Assembly: GCF_001194135.2 (NCBI RefSeq)
Contig: NC_068999.1
Location: forward strand, 43,452,578-43,486,333
DNA: 33,756 nucleotides
From: Octopus bimaculoides
Taxonomy: Eukaryota
Direction: 5' to 3'
Every line of letters starts with the position of its first letter. Position 1 is the first letter of the stretch. Below the pieces are notes generated by a model. The model worked only from the letters and a program-made list of their open reading frames with translations. It did not search any database and had not been told where the DNA came from. A program made the position numbers and the translations under genes. Shown here one piece after another: positions 19,680 through 31,917 of the stretch.

Positions 19680-19896
19680 AGTATCTATCGATTTATCTAT
19701 CTACATGTCTGTCTATGTGAAAGGGGGATTAAGAAAAGAAAAAAAAAAGAAAAAAAGAAATAGGCTCAATCAATGTAGCAGTACTAATAGCTGCAGTAGT
19801 AGCAGTAATAGAAGTTAGTAGTAGTAGTTGTAGTAGTAGTAGTAGTAGTAGTAGTAGTACTAATAATAATAGTCTTACATGACTGACTGGGTGGGG
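19333..19896 (+). repeat. proximal 3'UTR compound microsatellite array: (CAG)7, (CTA/ACT)n, (GTT)n, (ATT)n, (TCTA)n, (TAG/AGT)n
   Basis: Visible directly after the stop codon. (CAG)7 at 19337-19357, ACT run about 19441-19482, TAG runs about 19816-19858. Confidence 0.85.
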
Positions 19897-20635
19897 NNNN
19901 NNNNNNNNNNNNNNNNNNNNNNNNNNNNNNNNNNNNNNNNNNNNNNNNNNNNNNNNNNNNNNNNNNNNNNNNNNNNNNNNNNNNNNNNNNNNNNNNNNNN
20001 NNNNNNNNNNNNNNNNNNNNNNNNNNNNNNNNNNNNNNNNNNNNNNNNNNNNNNNNNNNNNNNNNNNNNNNNNNNNNNNNNNNNNNNNNNNNNNNNNNNN
20101 NNNNNNNNNNNNNNNNNNNNNNNNNNNNNNNNNNNNNNNNNNNNNNNNNNNNNNNNNNNNNNNNNNNNNNNNNNNNNNNNTATATATATATATATATATG
20201 ACCTCCAACACCCCAAACAAAACTTGAAAAAAAAAAACAGGAGAAAAAAATAAATATTAAAGCCCTGACATTTTTTTTCTTATTCAATCCACCATGATGA
20301 TGATGATGATGATAATGATGGTGGTGGTAATGATGATGATGATGATGATGATTATGATGAAGGAGGTGTTGGTGATATTGATGATGATGATGATGATGGT
20401 AGTGCTGGTGGGTTGTATACTTATTTCTTATGCTATTTGAATTTATACACACAAACATACATACATGCACACCCCTGACTGTCAAGTTCAATTACTCTCT
20501 CTCTCTCTCTCCCACACACACATACACACACACGTGCATTTGCACACAAATAAGATATACAAAAGTGCACCCAGTTATGCACATGCACACAGGCCTGTAA
20601 AGATTTTTATGTTTGGTTGCGTGTTTGTGTGCAAC

Positions 20636-20687
<52 letters not shown>

Positions 20688-20827
20688 ACCTAAATATATG
20701 TATGTGTGTATAAATATATATTTATATACACATGTTCATCATACATACCCACACTTACACAAAGGCATGGGCACATGCATATATATATATTCACACATAC
20801 ACAATATCTATTTCCGTCTACGAAGGT

Positions 20828-20860
<33 letters not shown>

Positions 20861-21006
20861 ATGTTTGGGGGTTTAGTTGGTCAATGGTAGTGAGTTATTG
20901 GATAGTCGACTGGATTATAGTCTGTGGAGGGGGCAGTAGGTTTCGGTCACTTAGTGAAATGAATGGAATTGCATCAGAGCATTGTAGAATTGAAAGCTAG
21001 CCACTC

Positions 21007-21052
<46 letters not shown>

Positions 21053-21215
21053 ATAGACACACACACACACTCTTATATGTGTATATGCATAGTTAAAATT
21101 AGGTTTGTTTATTAAGAGAAAACGTGAATTTAGTAAAACTTAATCCTAACATCTGAAATCTGTAAATTTCTTGAACTTAAATAGTTATAAGTTCAAGTAC
21201 ATTTTTTTTTTTTTA

Positions 21216-21221
21216 AATAAA
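21216..21221 (+). promoter_or_regulatory. candidate polyadenylation signal for mbl
   Basis: AATAAA followed by T/GT-rich sequence. Other AATAAA hexamers exist (e.g. 22073-22078), so the assignment is weak. Confidence 0.2.
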
Positions 21222-21261
21222 AGATTTAATTTTGTTCAAATTTAGGTTGCTTTAACTATTA

Positions 21262-21299
<38 letters not shown>

Positions 21300-21324
21300 A
21301 GTAATTAGTTGTTGTTTCTCCTAA

Positions 21325-21600
21325 TTCTGAGTTAAGATCCTGCAACTGTGGTCGATTTTTGCCTTTCATCCTTTCGGATTTGGCAAAATAGAGTACCTTG
21401 TCGTGATGAAGTTAAAAAGGTTTGTCCATAAACCCCTTCCAAATTTGAGGCTATTCATGGAACGCCAGAATCGTTAAAGCAATTGAAAATACCTTGTGCT
21501 ATTTGTTTCTGGCTTCTTAAGTTCTTACTTAAAATCCTGCCAATGTCAACTTGGCCATGTGATCCTTCTCAAGGTCTCTTAAATGTCAGTCAAGTACTGG
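21325..21600 (+). mobile_element. two tandem degenerate family A SINE fragments
   Basis: GAGTTAAGATCC...GGTCGATTTTGCCTTTCATCCTTTCGG, then a second copy AAAATCCTGCCAATGTCAACTT...GTCAAGTACTGG. Confidence 0.55.
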
Positions 21601-21926
21601 GCCTCCTCTTCTCATACCTCTGGCCCTTTGCTGTTCCTTCCAGCATCTTTTCCTTTCCATAATATCCAAACCAGAGTACAAACTTCTCTATTTTAATTTC
21701 TTCTCACTACACGCAAACACACACACACACACACACACCTCTTTCTCTCTCATGTCAAAATAGACATATACAGAAAGCAATTTAAACAACAATATCATAT
21801 GCAAAAACATCCACACATATTAAACGACAAAACCCCCCCAAAAAATAAGGAACACATTAGCTGTAGATTTCCTTCCGATTAACTGACTAACTTAGAAGCT
21901 TAATTTTGACAAAATGTATCTTCACT

Positions 21927-21960
<34 letters not shown>

Positions 21961-21963
21961 ATC

Positions 21964-22020
<57 letters not shown>

Positions 22021-22391
22021 ATATGCACACCTACATTATGAAACACCCAACTTTATGAAACACTGCATGTGAAATAAAACCTTTTCATATGAATATGTAT
22101 TTGGAAAAAAAAAATATTCCTTGTCCAAGTTCTAAGACAGCCATACATTTACACAGTTGTTTGCAAACATATGCACACACACACTCACACATACTCACAT
22201 GTAACGCATGCTAAATTATCAAAGAGTCCATTTTTTTTTTCTGTTAAATAACTGTAAAACATGTGTATCACATTACAGCAAATTAAGCAAAAGAAAACTG
22301 GACAAAGACAACGGAAAGAAATAAGTTTGTTTTTAATTTATCAAATTTCAAACACAAAAATTCTTTAATAGAAAAATCTCTCCCCTCTCTC

Positions 22392-22434
<43 letters not shown>

Positions 22435-24693
22435 GTATTTATATATGAACATAAGTATATATTTTCTTGGGTTGATTGTGTATATTTGTTATAAAGTGCA
22501 TTTTCTTTAAAGCTTAACCAGGTTTCTATTTCTTAAATTATGATATTTATGTTATTCCATTCATTGTTTAACACCAGTTGTAACTGATTACAATCATATG
22601 TGTGTATATATGTGAGTGTCCACAAGTGTGTGTCTCTGTGGAGGTTTTTTTTGTTAAATAGAGGGATGTAGGTTATAAATGAACAATTACAATGATGTCA
22701 CTATGATTGTGTGAGTTTGTGGTTTGTATATTTGAGATGCATTCTTCACAATTCAGAATTCTGCTCTGTGTGTGTGTGTGTATGTGTGTGTGCAATTTTC
22801 AAACACATGATTATTTGGTTAGTGGCAGTAGGTCTAATGATTTCTAACTTAGGCACAGACCTACACACTTTTAGGGGAGAATATAGGCAATTCATTCTGA
22901 CTGTTATAATAATAGATTATTTCCCCACAAAGGATCAAAAACAGGACAACACAAAAGAAAAGGGCACAACACTGAGGGTTTACATTAGAACTTGTAAAGC
23001 TAAATAGTGTAAATGGGAATGCCACAAAGAAATATACCCCAGTAATGGGGATAACTAGGGCCAATGAAGGAACCCTATAAATTGTAGATTAACCTGACCA
23101 CCAGTTGTAGCAGATGTCTTTCATTATACATATAGTGAGTTATATATCATTGGAACACTGCTGAAGACTTCTTTTTGTCATGTCTTGTATGTACCTAGGG
23201 CTAGTGAGTTGGCTCACTGTCCAAGCTGTACTCTACCCCTAGGAATGAGTTTGTTAAGTCAACTTTACAAATATGTGAAACACTACTCAGTTACACAATG
23301 CTGCCACTACTTAAAGCAGTCTGTTTCTACCTTACTCTGTGGTAACTATTTTCTTACAAGTTTGGTCTGCGTGACAGTTCATGCAGCATTAAGTACCTTG
23401 CCCATTGGCATGGTGACCTGACCAAAGTGCAAACCAGTGATGTTTAAAGATCATAGCCCTATCATCTTCTTTATCAAGTCATGTATTGGTAGCTCTTATC
23501 TATGTATGTCTACACGCATACAAAACTACATACATGCATAATGTATGTACATCCTCCAAACCCAATTGATTTCATGATACAGTGAAGAATTCTAAAACGT
23601 TCTAGAAATTCTTCATTTTGAGTTTCTCAGAACGAACTTATGCTCACAATCACATGTACATATGACATACAAACGCACTTTACATAAAAAGGAATCAAAA
23701 CACACACACACACACACGAGTATACAAAAATGAACATGCATTCATTACACAATTGTAAGCATATTGATACATATGTATACGGAGACACTGACTCACATAT
23801 TTACCAATTCCCTAAGTCGTCTTGACTTAAACACTTTGACAGTAACCAGCTTCAATTCTGCAAAGAACTTAAATCTCCAGAGAAAACACACACACACACA
23901 CACACATGTGTGTGTGGACATAAGAGTATGGATCCATAAAGTTACACATGCTCTTTCTTGCTTGATACAACCAACCACCAACATTGGTTCAGAAAACAAA
24001 TCTGTTTTACCTTTAATTAGAATATTTGTCTGGAGAAACTGGTTAATTTGATTTTCAGGTCATGACACCAGTCCCCACCGTTGAAGTTGTTAGCTCAAAG
24101 TAGTATTTTTACCACTACACCTACCACCACCACCATCACAATAGTCTCTATTAGACTAACTTTCTTTTCTCCATAAATCCTTTAATCCCCCCCCTTCACT
24201 TCAGCCTCATCATCATCATCATCATATGTGATGAAAGTAAAATGATGGACTAGCAGAGCCAGTGGACTGAAGGACTTAATAAAATGCCTTAATGTATTTT
24301 ATTTTTTCGTCTCTCTTCTCTGGTGGCCATTCTGCATGAGTTCAAATCATGGTTGGAATAAATTTGCTTTACAAATGTTCAGTGGTTGATTTTAAAGACT
24401 GTACCAAGTTACTCACTGGGTTGCCTCTAACCAACTGAACCAGTTTCAAACCTGTGGACTTGAGCCATTGTGAGCCATTGTGAGCAATGGAAACATAAGA
24501 TGTACTTTTAAATGAGAAAATGTACTCACTCTTTGAAAAACTTGAAAGAAAAAAACAATTTAGTTGCTGTTTTTCTTCTTTTGTTTTACAATCTTTTTGT
24601 TGTTGTTGTTGTTGTCATTGTTGTTATTGTTCTGGCTCTTGTTCTTTATCTTGTGTATTCTGTAAAGTTACTATTTTAGCCATCCATGAATAA

Positions 24694-24738
<45 letters not shown>

Positions 24739-25923
24739 NNNNNNNNNNNNNNNNNNNNNNNNNNNNNNNNNNNNNNNNNNNNNNNNNNNNNNNNNNNNNN
24801 NNNNNNNNNNNNNNNNNNNNNNNNNNNNNNNNNNNNNNNNNNNNNNNNNNNNNNNNNNNNNNNNNNNNNNNNNNNNNNNNNNNNNNNNNNNNNNNNNNNN
24901 NNNNNNNNNNNNNNNNNNNNNNNNNNNNNNNNNNNNNNNNNNNNNNNNNNNNNNNNNNNNNNNNNNNNNNNNNNNNNNNNNNNNNNNNNNNNNNNNNNNN
25001 NNNNNNNNNNNNNNNNNNNNNNNNNNNNNNNNNNNNNNNNNNNNNNNNNNNNNNNNNNNNNNNNNNNNNNNNNNNNNNNNNNNNNNNNNNNNNNNNNNNN
25101 NNNNNNNNNNNNNNNNNNNNNNNNNNNNNNNNNNNNNNNNNNNNNNNNNNNNNNNNNNNNNNNNNNNNNNNNNNNNNNNNNNNNNNNNNNNNNNNAACAG
25201 CTGTGCACTAAAATTGTACAGATTTTACAAACCTACCAGTTTCTTTCCCTCCTTTATCCATGGAAATATATTGTTTTTTTTTAAATAATAAAAGACAAAA
25301 AAAACTAATTAAAAAAATGAAAGTAAATGAAGAGTATTCTTTTTTTTTTGTTTCCTTAATACATTTTTTCTTTATACCATTCTATCCCTTCTCACCCTTT
25401 TATCCTCTCTCTCTTCCTCCTCACCTTTGTTCTTTCTCCTCTCTCTCTCTCTCCCCCTCTCTATCTGTATATATGTATATATATATATATATATATACTA
25501 TGTTCTGTTTTCTCTAGTTTTGAAATGTTTGTCATGTGAGGCACATATGGAAAAATCCCCATTTTTACTAAACTCTAAACTCATGCATAACTTGGAATTA
25601 TATCACAAATAATGATATCTTCATTTATAATAATGATAAAACCCTTATATTCAAACTGCTAACTATATAATGATGATGATAATAATAATAATAATGATGA
25701 TGGTGATAATAATGATAATAATGCTGATAATTATTATTGTTATTATTATTACCTTAAGACCATTTCTTTCAGATATTTACAGGAATTACACAGACATCCA
25801 TATATATTCCTCCGTCCATCAATGTGACACACACTTGACATCCATTCTAAAATACACACATGCATAATTATGCATGTGTGTGTGTATATATATATGTACA
25901 TACATGTAATATCTACATATGTA

Positions 25924-25964
<41 letters not shown>

Positions 25965-26206
25965 GTGTGTATTTTCCTTCTATACATAATGAAAGTGTAC
26001 ACTTCTAAAACCAATTTATCAATGTTTAGATTACCTTGAATCAAGCTAAATATATATTTTTTCTTCTTTACTGCTCAACTTCTGGGTCTAAGTCCCAATC
26101 TCCATTCCACTACTCTAATGACATTGTTCTTTTAGCTCACTGTTGTATGTGTTTATATGTATGTATATGTATACATGTGTATGTATACATATACACGTGT
26201 TTGTGA

Positions 26207-26242
<36 letters not shown>

Positions 26243-27607
26243 TCGCATATTTATACACATGTGTGCATTGTGTATATTTGTATGTGTGTGTGTTTAGATA
26301 TGCATGTATGTGTGTGTGTGTGTGTTAGAAAACCATTATTATTGCAGCATATATGTTAATGCCGCAATGAGTTTCTTCCAGCTGGGTCTGACTTTGCTGG
26401 TCATCTTTCTAGAAACTGTTATAAGTAGCTATCATACACTGGGGCTGGACTCTGCTCCTCGTCTTAAAATAGTTGGCCATATGCCAAATATGTTGCAAAC
26501 ATCATCATCATCATTATTATCATCATGAATAAGTTTCTGAACCAAATTAATCCTATAGTGATAATGATGAAGGCATTAATGCCACAGAATCTTATTCAAC
26601 TAGCCTCCACCACCATGTCACCTTAAATTTGTAGCTCTATCGAGAAGTAATAAATGTAATTATCATCATCATCATCAACAATATCATCATAAGGATCATA
26701 GCATATGGTATATATCTGTGTGAAGGGCTAGTGAAGTGATAAGGGTGTTGGCTAACAACGGCACCCCTTTGCATGTCACACACCCACTAAGGGTTTCTGA
26801 TATTGGCCATAAACGTATCCAGCTTTGTTCTCCCTCCTTGTTTCAACACTTGGCTGAGTGAGAAGAAAGAAATCACTTCCCTCTCCATTATTCATTGCTA
26901 ATGCCCACCCTTGAGTGGTGGGTGGGAGGGTATTTACTCAACTTACTTACAAAAAAGACACATGAACGCCTCCACATCTTCTTTCCCTCTATGTACTTTT
27001 ATTTCAGTAATAATTAATTCTGAAAATCACATACCTACCTTTTTTTTTTTTTTTTTTTTTTTTNNNNNNNNNNNNNNNNNNNNNNNNNNNNNNNNNNNNN
27101 NNNNNNNNNNNNNNNNNNNNNNNNNNNNNNNNNNNNNNNNNNNNNNNNNNNNNNNNNNNNNNNNNNNNNNNNNNNNNNNNNNNNNNNNNNNNNNNNNNNN
27201 NNNNNNNNNNNNNNNNNNNNNNNNNNNNNNNNNNNNNNNNNNNNNNNNNNNNNNNNNNNNNNNNNNNNNNNNNNNNNNNNNNNNNNNNNNNNNNNNNNNN
27301 NNNNNNNNNNNNNNNNNNNNNNNNNNNNNNNNNNNNNNNNNNNNNNNNNNNNNNNNNNNNNNNNNNNNNNNNNNNNNNNNNNNNNNNNNNNNNNNNNNNN
27401 NNNNNNNNNNNNNNNNNNNNNNNNNNNNNNNNNNNNNNNNNNNNNNNNNNNNNNNNNNNNNNNNNNNNNNNNNNNNNNNNNNNNNNNNNNNNNNNNNNNN
27501 NNNAATAACAACAGCCACAACAACAAAAGCAAACAAAAAAAATGAAAAAAAAAGTGACACAATGAAACAAAGAAGAAAACAAGTCACAAAAATCTGTGTG
27601 TGTGTCT

Positions 27608-27642
<35 letters not shown>

Positions 27643-27929
27643 TTCTATATACATATACACATATATGTGTGTCTGTATAAATGCATGGGTGTATAAATAT
27701 ATAAATATTCTCCTGGTGGTCTTTATTTCAGTTGTACTAAACAATTGTTTGGTGTTTAAAAAAAATATATTCATTCATCTTGGTTCAGAAACCATCCAAA
27801 TTCTTCACAGAAACTTGATAAAAAGAATTAAAATACACACACACATGCATACACAAGAAAGAAGCCCACCTTGATACTGGAGTGATTTATGATTTATTAT
27901 GATTTATTATTATTATTAATATTAAAGAT

Positions 27930-28150
27930 GATGGATTGACAGAATTATTAGAATGCCGAAACGAAATGCTTTTCGGTATTTAGTTTCGACTCTTTAAGTC
28001 CTCTGTTCAAACCCCAGCAAGGCCAACTTTGCCTTTCAACTCTCCGGTGAGGGTCAATGAATTAAAGTACCAGTCAAGTACTGGGGTTGATTTAATCAAC
28101 TAAACCCTTCTCCCCCCCACTCACAAGGCTCGCTCTTTGTGCCTGTATTA
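27930..28150 (+). mobile_element. tRNA-derived SINE, family A
   Basis: GTTCAAACCCC...GGCCAACTTTGCCTTTCA...AAAGTACCAGTCAAGTACTGGGGTTGATTTAATC. Confidence 0.7.
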
Positions 28151-28299
28151 GAAATTTATATTATTATTAGTTTGTTTTGGTGGTGGTGGGGGGCAGTATA
28201 TTTTTTTGTTGTTTCATTTTTTTAAACTGCATAAACCTTTAACAGGTCAAAGGTGTGTAAGAAGCATTTTTCCTTTTTTCTATACTTCATCTTCCTAAT

Positions 28300-28492
28300 A
28301 CATACATATGTATATTTTATATATGTGTGTATATGTATGTGTATGTATATATATATATATATATATAATCTATATATATGAATATATATATAATCTTGTA
28401 CATACATGTGTGTGTTTGTGTATATATATATATATATAAATGCACATGTACTTTTTGTGTGTATATAAATGTAAATTTAAATGTTTGTATGC

Positions 28493-28540
<48 letters not shown>

Positions 28541-28740
28541 CTGCATGCATAGATATATATATATGCATGTGTGCATACATATACAAATGTATTTGGAGAT
28601 ATATATGCATGTGTGGTTAATGTGTTTGCATGTATGTTGGTGTATGTACGTATATGTATATATATGTATATATAAGCACACATGCATTCATAAACACACA
28701 CACACTCTCATACACACATAAACATACATATTTATATGAA
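28300..28740. repeat. compound (TA)/(TG)/(CA) microsatellite field
   Basis: Directly visible. Source of several spurious ORFs. Confidence 0.8.
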
Positions 28741-29240
28741 TGTATAATTATGCATAAAAGAAATTGAAAAGTGTATTTGTTTTTTTGAAAAAAAAGTGGG
28801 GTTTTTTTTTTTTTTCTAAATAATTTTTAAGACTATTTTTTGTCTTTTTTTTTTCATTTTAGAAATTATGGGGGAATTCAAAATCATGGTTGGAAACTAT
28901 TGGAAATTTCAGACAATGATGATATTTAATATTTTTTTGAATTTGACAAAGGACAAACCTTCCAATTTCAAAAAGTGAAAGGAAAAAAAAATAATTTCAA
29001 AAAAAAAGAAAAATTTCAAATAATTATAAAATTTAACCTAAAATCTTTGAAAAAAAAATTTGAAAACAAACAAAAAAAAATATGATATTAATAAAATTTT
29101 AAACGAGCCATTATAAGAAAAAAAATGATGGCATCGTCTGTGGTGTTAATCTTGTATTAGATAATAACTTCACCATATGATAGCATTTGTGATATTTTTA
29201 CTCCACATCCAAACTGTAGTAGTTATTGTAGACAGTAGAT

Positions 29241-29273
<33 letters not shown>

Positions 29274-29293
29274 ATATATATGTATATATAAAA

Positions 29294-29342
<49 letters not shown>

Positions 29343-30167
29343 GGCCGGGCGTTATCTCTGCACCTTTCCAACCCCGTTTTTTTTTTCTATTTTNNNNNNN
29401 NNNNNNNNNNNNNNNNNNNNNNNNNNNNNNNNNNNNNNNNNNNNNNNNNNNNNNNNNNNNNNNNNNNNNNNNNNNNNNNNNNNNNNNNNNNNNNNNNNNN
29501 NNNNNNNNNNNNNNNNNNNNNNNNNNNNNNNNNNNNNNNNNNNNNNNNNNNNNNNNNNNNNNNNNNNNNNNNNNNNNNNNNNNNNNNNNNNNNNNNNNNN
29601 NNNNNNNNNNNNNNNNNNNNNNNNNNNNNNNNNNNNNNNNNNNNNNNNNNNNNNNNNNNNNNNNNNNNNNNNNNNNNNNNNNNNNNNNNNNNNNNNNNNN
29701 NNNNNNNNNNNNNNNNNNNNNNNNNNNNNNNNNNNNNNNNNNNNNNNNNNNNNNNNNNNNNNNNNNNNNNNNNNNNNNNNNNNNNNNNNNNNNNNNNNNN
29801 NNNNNNNNNNNNNNNNNNNNNNNNNNNNNNNNNNNNNNNNNNNNNNNNNNNNNNNNNNNNNNNNNNNNNNNNNNNNNNNNNNNNNNNNNNNNNNNNNNNN
29901 NNNNNNNNNNNNNNNNNNNNNNNNNNNNNNNNNNNNNNNNNNNNNNNNNNNNNNNNNNNNNNNATATATATATTTATTTGTGAGACATATTTGTAGTAAG
30001 ATCCTCTGTGCCTAGTTGTGATAAAGACTTAAAAAAAAAACAGAATGCCCTATTCCCAAAACTGGTATGAAGTTATTCTTGTCTGACTGATTCTAGTTCA
30101 TTCTTTCTATCCCAATTCAATTTTTTTTTTCATCACAATTACTCTTACACAAATTCTCTCTCTCACA

Positions 30168-30207
<40 letters not shown>

Positions 30208-30328
30208 TCTGGGTGAACACTTTGGTACAAGTGTTGCAAATTCATACAATATACATGGCTAAGAATGTTTATACATCTAATCTGAGATGTATAACCTCCG
30301 ATGTTTCGTAGGTTACTGCATACACACA

Positions 30329-30375
<47 letters not shown>

Positions 30376-31852
30376 ATATAACACACTTCCACCACAAGCA
30401 CATTTTTGAATTCAAAAACAGTGTTATGTGTGTATATGTATATATACCCAACACACAAGAAACTCGCTCACATAACTCAAGGTTTACTGCTGTGGACTGC
30501 CATGTACCGATGGTTCTAGAACTATTTCGAACCATATTTTTATGTCCAGTTGTTTCCAATGGTGGTGGGGAGGGGGTAGTTCAGCATCATTAATCTGTGT
30601 CCTTAACATTCGGGTTGTCGTGTTTCAACCGCCCTTGCTGTTTGCGCTGCCGTCCTGTTCTGTTTTGAATAAGGCCCCACATTAAGCCGAAGGACTGCCG
30701 TGAAAAATAGGAGTGAGGCATTTTTTTTTTCTTTTCGCTCGCAGACATCATTTTTGTAAAAAAAAAAAGTACAAACAAAAAAACACAAAAAGCATGGAAA
30801 AAAAAAACCAAACGAAAAATATTGTAGTAGTTTTGTTGTTGATGTCTTAGTTATGAGAGTAAGAAAATCATTTTTGTGCATGTTTGTGTGGGAAGTTTTA
30901 AGTTTATAATGAGTAAAATGAGTGAAGTTTTATTATATGTAATCTTTATGTTTAGTCACACTTTACTCTCTTTCAGTCTGTGTATATATAGCACACATAT
31001 AATTATATGTATATANNNNNNNNNNNNNNNNNNNNNNNNNNNNNNNNNNNNNNNNNNNNNNNNNNNNNNNNNNNNNNNNNNNNNNNNNNNNNNNNNNNNN
31101 NNNNNNNNNNNNNNNNNNNNNNNNNNNNNNNNNNNNNNNNNNNNNNNNNNNNNNNNNNNNNNNNNNNNNNNNNNNNNNNNNNNNNNNNNNNNNNNNNNNN
31201 NNNNNNNNNNNNNNNNNNNNNNNNNNNNNNNNNNNNNNNNNNNNNNNNNNNNNNNNNNNNNNNNNNNNNNNNNNNNNNNNNNNNNNNNNNNNNNNNNNNN
31301 NNNNNNNNNNNNNNNNNNNNNNNNNNNNNNNNNNNNNNNNNNNNNNNNNNNNNNNNNNNNNNNNNNNNNNNNNNNNNNNNNNNNNNNNNNNNNNNNNNNN
31401 NNNNNNNNNNNNNNNNNNNNNNNNNNNNNNNNNNNNNNNNNNNNNNNNNNNNNNNNNNNNNNNNNNNNNNNNNNNNNNNNNNNNNNNNNNNNNNNNNNNN
31501 NNNNNNNNNNNNNNNNNNNNNNNNNNNNNNNNNNNNNNNNNNNNNNNNNNNNNNNNNNNNNNNNNNNNNNNNNNNNNNNNNNNNNNNNNNNNNNNNNNNN
31601 NNNNNNNNNNNNNNNNNNNNNNNNNNNNNNNNNNNNNNNNNNNNNNNNNNNNNNNNNNNNNNNNNNNNNNNNNNNNNNNNNNNNNNNNNNNNNNNNNNNN
31701 NNNNNNNNNNNNNNNNNNNNNNNNNNNNNNNNNNNNNNNNNNNNNNNNNNNNNNNNNNNNNNNNNNNNNNNNNNNNNNNNNNNNNNNNNNNNNNNNNNNN
31801 NNNNNNNNNNNNNNNNNNNNNNNNNNNNNNNNNNNNNNNNNNNNNNNNNNNN

Positions 31853-31917
<65 letters not shown>

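Noticed and set aside
19784-20491. Minus-strand poly-His ORF
   Set aside because: It is the reverse of a (GAT)n microsatellite and spans an assembly gap.
24461-24490. Short tandem duplications (TGAGCCATTG x2-3; also a 14-bp unit at about 2458-2490)
   Set aside because: Ordinary slippage duplications with no further structure.
14297-28150. Recurrent 20-40 nt near-identical motifs that might suggest a CRISPR-like array
   Set aside because: They are dispersed SINE cores in both orientations, without regular spacers, in a eukaryotic context.
28790-29130. Extremely A/T homopolymer-rich segment
   Set aside because: It looks like low-quality read sequence or a heavily decayed repeat near a gap. 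No interpretable structure.
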